64,000 nucleotides of DNA from the NCBI GenBank assembly GCA_001794125.1, contig MGJF01000002.1:236514-300513 (forward strand), in the 5' to 3' direction. The notes below the pieces were generated by a model. It was not told where the DNA came from, did no database searches, and was given only the letters and a program-made list of their open reading frames with translations. Position 1 is the first letter of the stretch. Each line of letters begins with the position of its first letter. Source of the DNA: Candidatus Yanofskybacteria bacterium RIFCSPHIGHO2_01_FULL_43_32. GTDB taxonomy: Bacteria > Patescibacteriota > Minisyncoccia > 2-02-FULL-40-12 > GWA2-44-9. Shown here in pieces: positions 9,422 to 17,529 of the stretch. The translations under genes and the position numbers were made by a program.

Positions 9422-10874
9422 AAAATTAATCAATTGGATTTTTGCGGCAGAAATTATTTTGTTCGGTTTGATAGTAACCGGCATTTTGCCGCGCGCGGTT
9501 GTGCCATATCTGGCCGTAGCTTTGGCGGTATATGCACTATTCGCTTCGCTTGAAGATGCGACTGTGTTTTTTGTCCGCTCAATACCTTTTTTTATTGCCA
9601 TACCGCTCACGGCAACTTTTGACAACTTCAACACATGGAGGATATTGTCGGGAATAATATTCCTTAAATGGCTTTATAAAGAATGGCCTGATTACCGCAA
9701 ATACTTTTCAATACCGCTTTTATTACTTCTCGCAACGGCAATTTTATCAGTCATTCCCGCTCCTGATAAAATGCTGGCAGTAAAAAGAATAATTTATTTC
9801 CTTAATTTGAGTTTGATTGGCGTGGTGATTTCTGATCTGGCCCGAAAAGATGAATTCGCTAAACAACTGACAAAAAACATATCTATCCCGGTTATCATCG
9901 TGACCTTAATCGGTTTCCTCCAGCTTGGTTCAACGTATCTGATGGATATCTACCAATTCATGGGATTTTGGGCGGGCAAGGTGCAATTTAACCAGTTCGG
10001 CGCCGGCTGGTCGTATATCGTTTATAATCTGGGAAACACTTGGTACGCCTATTACGGCGAGCAAATATCGTTGAGGATGTTCTCTCTTTTCCCGGATTCT
10101 CATTCTTTTCCGCAGTTTATTTTGCTTGGGTTGCCGGCAATATTTGTAATATTCTTTAACAGAAAAAAAATACTCGTCCCGCTGGTTTCCTCGGTCTTTT
10201 TAGCCGCGATACTGACCGGCACAAGAGGAATCTGGGCGGCAGGCGCGGCATCGGCCGTTATCGCCGTCTTCGGGATCTTCCGGTTTAAAAGAATAAAAAC
10301 AAATCAAGAAAATCAAAAAATATTTAAAAAAATATCGCTTCATTTTATTATTTTTTTCACATTATTTATCATCGCTTTCCCGATATTCGCCTCGCCACAG
10401 TTCCGGCTTTATAAACTGGACTCGGACTTATTATCCAAAAGAGTGCGTTCTATAATAAATTTTGGCGAGACATCAAACAAAGAAAGGATAAGGATATGGA
10501 AACTTTCTCTGGAATCAATAAAAAACCGTCCGCTTCTAGGTGTGGGGATAGGAAACTTTCCTGTTGTTTTGAATCAGGACTTGTTTTTAGCCAAAGCCGG
10601 CTCTTCTGCCCATAATATTTACCTGCAAATTGCCGCCGAAATGGGAATTCCGGCCCTGATCTTTGCTCTCTGGTTTTTGTGGCTTTTGATGCAAAAGGCC
10701 CATAACAACTTTGTAGCTTCAAAAGACCGTGAAATAACCATTTACAATGGCGCGGCTTTGATTTTCGTTCCTTGGGTTTTAATTTATTGCCTGACCGACG
10801 TGGCTCTTTTTGACGAGAGAGCATTCTTGCTTTTCGTAACTACTGTTGCTCTAATTTCAGCCGGACATGAATGA
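9408..10874 (+). CDS. O-antigen ligase/polymerase-like polytopic membrane protein (Wzy_C domain)
   Basis: ~10 TM segments and LTGTRGIWAAGAAS motif; TTG start at 9408 or ATG 9414. Confidence 0.7.
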   Translation: MRMNKKLINWIFAAEIILFGLIVTGILPRAVVPYLAVALAVYALFASLEDATVFFVRSIPFFIAIPLTATFDNFNTWRILSGIIFLKWLYKEWPDYRKYFSIPLLLLLATAILSVIPAPDKMLAVKRIIYFLNLSLIGVVISDLARKDEFAKQLTKNISIPVIIVTLIGFLQLGSTYLMDIYQFMGFWAGKVQFNQFGAGWSYIVYNLGNTWYAYYGEQISLRMFSLFPDSHSFPQFILLGLPAIFVIFFNRKKILVPLVSSVFLAAILTGTRGIWAAGAASAVIAVFGIFRFKRIKTNQENQKIFKKISLHFIIFFTLFIIAFPIFASPQFRLYKLDSDLLSKRVRSIINFGETSNKERIRIWKLSLESIKNRPLLGVGIGNFPVVLNQDLFLAKAGSSAHNIYLQIAAEMGIPALIFALWFLWLLMQKAHNNFVASKDREITIYNGAALIFVPWVLIYCLTDVALFDERAFLLFVTTVALISAGHE

Positions 10875-11985
10875 CGCCCTAATCACAATCAACCTCGTGG
10901 TTCTGAACGGCGAAAAGTATGTCCGCCATTGTTTGAATTCCGTAAAAGATCAAACTCACCCTCATAATCGGATTGAACTTAATATTCTTGATAATGGTTC
11001 GGTTGATTCTACAAAAACCATAATCAAGGAAATGGCCGGCGAATTTTCCGATTTTTTAAAATTCAATCTGATTGAAAACGATAAAAATCTGGGTATGTGG
11101 CCGGGGCAGGAAAAACTTTTAGAACATTCCGCCGGAGAATATGTGATAATTTTGTCGGTTGACGTCATTCTTGATAAGGATTTTGTTTCAAATGCGGTTA
11201 AGGCAATAAGTAAAGATGAAAAAATAGGCGCCATTCAAGCCAAGGTCTATAAATATGATTTGTCTGATTTAGAAAATGAAAATTATAAAATTAAAACCGG
11301 AGGAACGATTGATACCTGCGGATTTCAGATATTCAAATCCCGAAGAATAATAAACATAGGCCACGGAGAAAAAGATAACGGCCCCTCCTTCACTAAAGTT
11401 TCGGCGGGCAAGCAATTCGATTTTAACAAAGAACAGGAGATATTCGCGGTAGAGGGGGCGGTTCCGGTTTTCCGTAAAAATGCTCTGGAAAATTGCCGGA
11501 TTATGGGTCAAAGCGAGGGTTCACGCGAAGCGGGAATCGTCTCCGAAATAGCCGACCACGACATGTTCTGGTACGCGGAAGATTTGGATGTTGCGTGGAG
11601 AATGAGGCTGTTCGGATGGAAGCAGTTGTTTGTTCCCGATGTAATTGCCTGGCACGACCGCCAGACCACCAAGAATTTGAGCAGAACTTTCTCTGATTTT
11701 CTTAAAATTAGAAGGCGATTATCCTTGCAAAAAAGGCGTTTAGAATGGCGAAATATTCGCTTTACAATTATCAAAAATGATTATACAATAAATATCTTAA
11801 AAGACCTGCCGCATATACTCAAGCGGGAGATAATGATGCTTGGTTATATAATCATTTTTGAGCCCAAAATACTTGCCGAAGTGCCTACGTTTTTTCGGCT
11901 TCTTCCAAGAATATTAAAGAAACGGGGGCAAATTATGAAACGCAGGGTGGCCGGTCCGGAAGAAATGAGAAGATGGTTTATTTAA
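10867..11985 (+). CDS. Glycosyltransferase family 2
   Basis: ITINLVVLNGEKYVRHCLNSVKDQTH ... ELNILDNGSVD. Confidence 0.7.
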   Translation: MNDALITINLVVLNGEKYVRHCLNSVKDQTHPHNRIELNILDNGSVDSTKTIIKEMAGEFSDFLKFNLIENDKNLGMWPGQEKLLEHSAGEYVIILSVDVILDKDFVSNAVKAISKDEKIGAIQAKVYKYDLSDLENENYKIKTGGTIDTCGFQIFKSRRIINIGHGEKDNGPSFTKVSAGKQFDFNKEQEIFAVEGAVPVFRKNALENCRIMGQSEGSREAGIVSEIADHDMFWYAEDLDVAWRMRLFGWKQLFVPDVIAWHDRQTTKNLSRTFSDFLKIRRRLSLQKRRLEWRNIRFTIIKNDYTINILKDLPHILKREIMMLGYIIIFEPKILAEVPTFFRLLPRILKKRGQIMKRRVAGPEEMRRWFI

Positions 11986-13019
11986 ACAATCAGCACAATT
12001 TTATCCAGCCTGATTTCAACGAAAGACCTCGATTCAACAAAAAACGCCTCGGCGTCATTGTTTTAATTTTATCCTTGGTCGTAATCGGGTATTTTTTAGG
12101 CAGCAGATCAAAAACCATTGAGGTAAAAAACGGGACAACTCCTTTCTGGCAAAAAGTGGCCAGTATTTTCAGCTTCGCTTCCGAACCGGTTGATCCTGAC
12201 TATATAATGCCCGCCGAAGAACCGGACCGTTTTGATGTTTTGGTTTTAGGTTTAAGAGGAGAAGATGACCCGGACGCAAAAGACGGCGGAGCTCTTCTTA
12301 CCGATACGATAATGATTCTAAGTTTTGATAAAATTACCAAAAAAACTTCGCTGACATCAATTCCACGCGACCTTTACGTAAAAATAGACAAAAATAAAAA
12401 AGACAAGATAAATACGGCTTACGAATACGGCTATTACCGTAAAAACGGAGGGGTTAGTTATGCGAAAGAGCTGGTTTCGAAAATAACCGGGGTTTACATA
12501 GACAAAGTGGCGGTTTTAAATTTTTCTTCTTTTGAAAAAATAATAGACCAGATCGGCGGGATAGATATTGTCCTTGCGCAGCCGTTTGAAGAAAAAAAAC
12601 AGTGGGGATTTGAATTTTCTTTGCCGGCCGGAACCAATCATCTGAACGGAAAAAATGCTCTTTATTATGCCCGCTCAAGATTTTCGTCCAACGATTTTGA
12701 CAGGTCAAGACGCCAACAAGAGGTAATATTCGCCCTAAAAGACAAACTGACGAATCTGAACTTCTGGTCCGATCCTGTTAAAACCATTTCGATTCTGAAT
12801 AGTATACGTTCGAATATTAAAACCGACGTTAATATCTGGGACACCAAAGAATTGCTGGATCTGGCCAAAGAAGCCGGCTCTTCCGGAAAAATTAAAAAAT
12901 ATGTTATAACCACTGAAAATCTTCTCTATGAATCCCGCGCCAACGAATCCTACATACTTCTTCCAAAAGGTGATAATTTTACTCAAATAAAGCAACTTTT
13001 TCAGGATAACCTAAAGTAA
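11973..13019 (+). CDS. LytR-CpsA-Psr (LCP) family cell-envelope polymer transferase
   Basis: N-terminal TM anchor then DTIMILSFDKITKKTSLTSIPRDLYVKI LCP core. Confidence 0.75.
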   Translation: MVYLNNQHNFIQPDFNERPRFNKKRLGVIVLILSLVVIGYFLGSRSKTIEVKNGTTPFWQKVASIFSFASEPVDPDYIMPAEEPDRFDVLVLGLRGEDDPDAKDGGALLTDTIMILSFDKITKKTSLTSIPRDLYVKIDKNKKDKINTAYEYGYYRKNGGVSYAKELVSKITGVYIDKVAVLNFSSFEKIIDQIGGIDIVLAQPFEEKKQWGFEFSLPAGTNHLNGKNALYYARSRFSSNDFDRSRRQQEVIFALKDKLTNLNFWSDPVKTISILNSIRSNIKTDVNIWDTKELLDLAKEAGSSGKIKKYVITTENLLYESRANESYILLPKGDNFTQIKQLFQDNLK

Positions 13020-13028
13020 ACTTCGTCC

Positions 13029-13844
13029 ATGCTATCTATTATTATTTTAAGCTACAAAAACCCGGCCTTGCTAAGATTGTGCCTCTCCTCATTTGCCAGA
13101 TCGTTATCAGCCGGTTTAAATTACGAAATTGTTGTCGTAGACAACGAGACCTCTTTGGAAACACAGAGCGTGGTCTTGGATGAATTTCAGGATAAATTTA
13201 AAAATATAAAACTCATACCCCTGCAAAAAAATTGCGGGTACACTCGGGGAGTAAACGAGGGGATTAAGGCCTCCAAAGGAGAGTATGTTTTGTATTTTAA
13301 TTATGACGTGGTGGTGGAACCCGGCGCCATAGAGAAACTTTTTGATTATTTTAAGAAACATCGGGACGTAGGCTTGTTGGGTCCGAAATTAATTAATTTC
13401 AACGGAACAGAGCAGGCTTCCTGTTTCAAATTCTATTCGCCTTGGACGGTTATTTGCAGAAGGATCCCGTACCTGCCTTATGCCCAAAAAATTCTCGGCC
13501 GTTTTTTAATGAAAAATGCCGATCTTTCCAAAACACAGGAGGTAGATTGGGTTTCCGGCGCCGTATTTATTACATCAAAATCAGCCATTGAAAAAGTGGG
13601 GCTTCTCGATGAAAAATTGTACCACTATTTCAGCGACGTTGACTGGGCAAGACGTTTTTGGGAAAATGGGTATAAGGTTATTTACTTTCCTGACGCGAAA
13701 ATTTTTCACTACCACGGACAGACATCCAGAGGAAGATTGGGCATCCTGGAATTTATCTTTAACCGCGCAACCAGATGGCACGTTAAAGACGCCATTTTCT
13801 ATTTTAGCAAATATGGGCTTCGAATACCAAGGTCAGATAATTAA
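13029..13844 (+). CDS. Glycosyltransferase family 2
   Basis: MLSIIILSYKNPALLRLCLSSF...VVVDNETS. Confidence 0.75.
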   Translation: MLSIIILSYKNPALLRLCLSSFARSLSAGLNYEIVVVDNETSLETQSVVLDEFQDKFKNIKLIPLQKNCGYTRGVNEGIKASKGEYVLYFNYDVVVEPGAIEKLFDYFKKHRDVGLLGPKLINFNGTEQASCFKFYSPWTVICRRIPYLPYAQKILGRFLMKNADLSKTQEVDWVSGAVFITSKSAIEKVGLLDEKLYHYFSDVDWARRFWENGYKVIYFPDAKIFHYHGQTSRGRLGILEFIFNRATRWHVKDAIFYFSKYGLRIPRSDN

Positions 13845-14113
13845 CCCATTTTATCAATTTAGCGGAGCGGATTTTAGCCAAATCCGAGACGCGAGTCTGC
13901 AGATGTAGATGATTCTACTTCAAGGACGAGCAACAAAGGATTTGGTCTAAAATCAGCCCGCCCGCTGCGGGAAACAAGGAATAGACCGATTCCATTGTCT
14001 CTCCTCCTCAATATAGAACAATCTATATCTTCGTCGTCGTTCCTCGGACTCGGTCTATTCTTTGGCTTCTAAAATGATAAAATGGATTAAATATCTGACT
14101 CGATAAATAAAAC

Positions 14114-15355
14114 ATGACAAAAACAAAACAAATATTAATTATAAACATAATTGTTTCCCTCGCTTTAGGCTTTACGGGCGGTTTCTTGTTTAAAGATTTT
14201 GGCAGCGGAAATTCCGTGGCGGCGATTAAGCAACTGATAAACCTCGACAACGGCAAACCGGAAGATGTTGATTTTTCTCTTTTTTGGAAGGTATATAACG
14301 ACCTTGGCGCCAAATATGTTGATAAAGGGAAAGTAGACCCTCAAAAAATTCTTTACGGGGCCATAAACGGGCTGGTCAACAGCGTCGGCGACCCCTATAC
14401 TGTTTTTTTTGAGCCGGTCACAAGCAAGAAATTCCAGGAAGAAATATCCGGAAGTTTTGGCGGCGTCGGAATTGAAATAGGAAAGAGAAACAACATCCTT
14501 ACCGTCATAGCTCCCCTTAAAGATACGCCTGCTTTCAAGGCGGGAATTAAAGCGGGAGATAAGATATTAAAAATAGACGCCAAACCAACCGCAAATTTGA
14601 CAATTGAAGAAGCTGTAAACTTGATAAGGGGCAAAAGGGGGACAAAAGTTGTCTTGACCATACAAAACAGCGCCACCAAAGACATTGAACTCATCAGAGA
14701 CGCCATAAAAATACCGACCATTGACTGGGAACTGATTGACAGTCCGCCAGCCGGCGGAGGCAAAAAGATCGCTTATATGCAAATATATTCCTTTAATCAA
14801 ACAGTGGATTCGGAATTCAAAAAAGCATCGGAAGAAATACTGAAATCCAATGCCGATAGATTAATAATCGACCTGCGAAACAACCCCGGAGGATTGTTGG
14901 ATTCGGCCATAAATTTGGCCGGCTGGTTTTTAGACAAAAACCAAATTGTGGTCAGCGAGGTATTCAGAGACGGAACGAGAAATGAATTCCGGAGCGATGG
15001 CGATGCTTTATTGAAAAAATACCCCACGGTTATCTTGATGAACGGCGGTTCCGCTTCGGCATCGGAAATCTTAGCCGGCGCCTTGCATGATAACCGGGGA
15101 ATTAAAATAATAGGGGAGAAAAGCTTCGGGAAAGGCTCGGTTCAAGAACTGGAGAAATATACTGACGGTTCTTCCTTGAAAGTAACCATCGCAAAATGGC
15201 TTACTCCGGCCGGAATTTCAATCTCTGACAAAGGCATAGAAGCCGACGTTGAGATTAAGTTCAAAGAAGAAGACCTCAAAGAAGAAGGCAAAATAGAAAT
15301 CGGTACTCCGGGCAAAGACCCTCAGTTAGATAAAGCGATCGAGATTGTAAGATAG
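14114..15355 (+). CDS. ctpA: Carboxyl-terminal processing protease (S41, PDZ domain); carries in-frame PPAGGG palindromic insert
   Basis: PDZ GGVGIEIG...GIKAGDKILKIDAKP and S41 NGGSASASEILAGAL. Confidence 0.85.
   Translation: MTKTKQILIINIIVSLALGFTGGFLFKDFGSGNSVAAIKQLINLDNGKPEDVDFSLFWKVYNDLGAKYVDKGKVDPQKILYGAINGLVNSVGDPYTVFFEPVTSKKFQEEISGSFGGVGIEIGKRNNILTVIAPLKDTPAFKAGIKAGDKILKIDAKPTANLTIEEAVNLIRGKRGTKVVLTIQNSATKDIELIRDAIKIPTIDWELIDSPPAGGGKKIAYMQIYSFNQTVDSEFKKASEEILKSNADRLIIDLRNNPGGLLDSAINLAGWFLDKNQIVVSEVFRDGTRNEFRSDGDALLKKYPTVILMNGGSASASEILAGALHDNRGIKIIGEKSFGKGSVQELEKYTDGSSLKVTIAKWLTPAGISISDKGIEADVEIKFKEEDLKEEGKIEIGTPGKDPQLDKAIEIVR
14743..14758. repeat. 16-bp palindrome TCCGCCAGCCGGCGGA, copy 1 (in ctpA, encodes PPAGG)
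   Basis: exact string. Confidence 0.8.
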
Positions 15356-15486
15356 AGCTTTCACTTCATCATTTTTCTGCTCATAATCTTCATTTTGTCA
15401 TTCGCTTCAAGTAATAGGCATGTATGTATCAAAATAACAGGTAACCCACACTTGCCTCTTCTAAAATTACTTTATTAAAAACGAAA

Positions 15487-15528
15487 AGCCCGCGAGGCTA
15501 AGCACAAATGTGCGAGCTAATCGCGGGC
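15487..15528. terminator. Bidirectional terminator hairpin GCCCGCGA...TCGCGGGC flanked by A/T runs
   Basis: 8-bp GC stem with inner GCACAaaTGTGC palindrome between convergent genes. Confidence 0.5.
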
Positions 15529-15532
15529 AAAA

Positions 15533-15760
15533 CTAGTCGTAGTCTATACCCAAAAGATCACAGATCCCAAAAGTGGACATGAGCACAAGGCCAATGAAGG
15601 CGATGAACCCGATCACGTAGACTAATCTCCCAATCGCATCCGGAAGAATCGAGAATACCGCCTCAATGACCCGCAGATTGAGAACCCAGAGGCTGGCATG
15701 AAAACCAACCCATATAATCACAAGGCCAATTAAAAGAACGGGGATAAACTTCATCACCAC
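15533..15760 (-). CDS. Small two-TM membrane protein, hypothetical
   Basis: consensus-like promoter TTGACT-18-TATGAT and GGAGGTG RBS upstream on minus strand. Confidence 0.5.
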   Translation of the reverse strand: MVMKFIPVLLIGLVIIWVGFHASLWVLNLRVIEAVFSILPDAIGRLVYVIGFIAFIGLVLMSTFGICDLLGIDYD

Positions 15761-15843
15761 ACCTCCATAAATGTAATCATATCACAAAATATACACAAAA
15801 GTCAAGTTGCAAAAAGTCGGTTAAAATGGTAGGATTTTAAGTA

Positions 15844-16290
15844 ATGAAAGTTATATTACTACAAAACATAAAAGGGTTCGGGCAGATAGGGGATGTGAAG
15901 AACGTGTCGGACGGCTATGCTAAAAATTTTTTATTGCCGAGAAAAATGGCCAAGGCGGCTACCGGCGGCTCTATGAAAGAAGTTGAGTCGTTGAAGGCAA
16001 AACGGATTATCATGATCGAGGCTGAAAGAAAAAACGCCCTTGAAGCCGTTGAAAAATTAAAAGATATTGTTATAGAATTCGCCCGCAAAGCAACCAAGAC
16101 GGGCAAACTATTCGCCGGAATCGGCAAGGACGACTTGGTTAAAGAAATTAAAAAGGCCTCCGGAGTCCAGCTTCAGGAAGAAATGATAGGCCACGAAGAA
16201 CCCATCAAACACATCGGCGAGCATCTCGTGGACCTGAATCTGTCTCCAGAGGTTAAAACTCAAGTCAAGGTGTTAGTAAAGGCAGAATAA
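15844..16290 (+). CDS. rplI: 50S ribosomal protein L9
   Basis: MKVILLQNIKGFGQIGDVKNVSDGYAKNFLLPRKMA. Confidence 0.85.
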   Translation: MKVILLQNIKGFGQIGDVKNVSDGYAKNFLLPRKMAKAATGGSMKEVESLKAKRIIMIEAERKNALEAVEKLKDIVIEFARKATKTGKLFAGIGKDDLVKEIKKASGVQLQEEMIGHEEPIKHIGEHLVDLNLSPEVKTQVKVLVKAE

Positions 16291-16329
16291 CCAGCTCCGC
16301 TCCCGCCAATCCCCATCCTTATCCTTATC

Positions 16330-16740
16330 GCTCCGCCACTCCCCATTCTCGACCTGTTGCCTGCGCCTTCGGTCTCCTTCGGACAAATGCTTAAATTTAT
16401 CTCAATTCAGCTATGAATTTTGTTATCCATTCCTGCTTCGCGACCAAAATTCATTCTTAGTTGAATTTTCAACAAATTTAATCATTATGTTACCCTCGGA
16501 GGCAAACGGTCTAAAATGGGGATAGGGCTTTCGCTATTAAACACAGAGCCCCCAGTCGCCAATCTCTCTGATAGCACTCCACGCAGCAATGGGGTAAACA
16601 AAATAGGGGTCAAATGAGTAAATATGCGAATTAGCAGAGCGCTCTCGCATATTTATGAAATGAGACCCCATTTTGTTCGCATTGCGGAGTTGTGATAGAG
16701 GAGAGATTGCGATGGAGGGGCGGTAGAGAGGCGGAGTGAG
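16330..16740 (+). repeat. ~410-bp structured non-coding element, family 2 copy A (conserved blocks CGACCTGTTGCCTGCGCC..GGTCTCCTTCGGACAAAT, GTTACCCTCGGAGGCAAAYGGTCTRAAATGGGG, GCGGAGWTGTGAT..GATTG)
   Basis: second copy 37027-37440 in same orientation; no ORF; internal hairpins differ in sequence but keep position. Confidence 0.6.
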
Positions 16741-16744
16741 TTAT

Positions 16745-17023
16745 TTAGTTGGCAACCACGTTGACGATTTTCACAAGTCGCTTAGAACCGTCGTATTTAG
16801 TTTTCTTTTTGGTAGTGAATTTGACTTTGCCGTTTATAACTGCGTAAATAGTATCGTCTGAACCGATGCGGACGCCATCGCCGGGAATGAATTTAGTTCC
16901 TCTTTGCCGGATTATAATATTGCCCGGTTTGGCCACTTCGCCTGCATAAAGTTTCACGCCCAAATATTTTGGTTGCGAATCTCGTCCAAGTTGTGTAGAC
17001 CCTATAGCCTTTGTATGCGCCAT
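16745..17023 (-). CDS. rpmA: 50S ribosomal protein L27
   Basis: [45 protein letters not shown]. Confidence 0.9.
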   Translation of the reverse strand: MAHTKAIGSTQLGRDSQPKYLGVKLYAGEVAKPGNIIIRQRGTKFIPGDGVRIGSDDTIYAVINGKVKFTTKKKTKYDGSKRLVKIVNVVAN

Positions 17024-17037
17024 GAATTTATATAATT

Positions 17038-17421
17038 ATGAATAGTATATTAGCAAAAATTATTCAAGCAGTCAAGAACCATTACAAAGATATCTTTCTA
17101 TGTTTTTGCATTATTTTAATAGCTATCATAGGTTTTAATATTGGCCGGATAAACGCCCTCAACAAAACGCCTGCCAAAACAACCGAAAAAGCTGATGTTT
17201 ACCAGGCAACAACGGGAACCCCCGTTCCAAATAGTTCCAAACAAACTCCTGCCAAGCCACAGGATTTAAGAGTCGTCGCCTCAAAAGCGAGTTCTACCAA
17301 AAAATATCACTTTACATGGTGTCCCGGAGCCAAACAAATAAAAGAAGTTAATAAACTCTGGTTTGCCAACGAGTCCCTCGCCCAAAAAACCGGATATACT
17401 CTTGCTGGTAATTGTAATTAA
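17038..17421 (+). CDS. Membrane-anchored hypothetical protein with C-terminal Cys-containing domain (YHFTWCPGAKQI...)
   Basis: single N-terminal TM, ST-rich linker. Confidence 0.5.
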   Translation: MNSILAKIIQAVKNHYKDIFLCFCIILIAIIGFNIGRINALNKTPAKTTEKADVYQATTGTPVPNSSKQTPAKPQDLRVVASKASSTKKYHFTWCPGAKQIKEVNKLWFANESLAQKTGYTLAGNCN

Positions 17422-17436
17422 TGTTATTATATACAA

Positions 17437-17520
17437 GCGAGTGACGAGGTTGTCTGGGGCGCCTAACAGCGCTTGTACACACTGCCCAGCATGTTTTCCT
17501 TGTCACTCGCGCCTTTTTTA
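17437..17520 (+). terminator. Long-stem hairpin GCGAGTGACGAGG...CCTTGTCACTCGC followed by GCCTTTTTTATTA; terminator of upstream gene and/or leader of typA
   Basis: 13-bp stem, ~48-nt loop, T-run. Confidence 0.45.
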
Positions 17521-17529
17521 TTACCCAAA

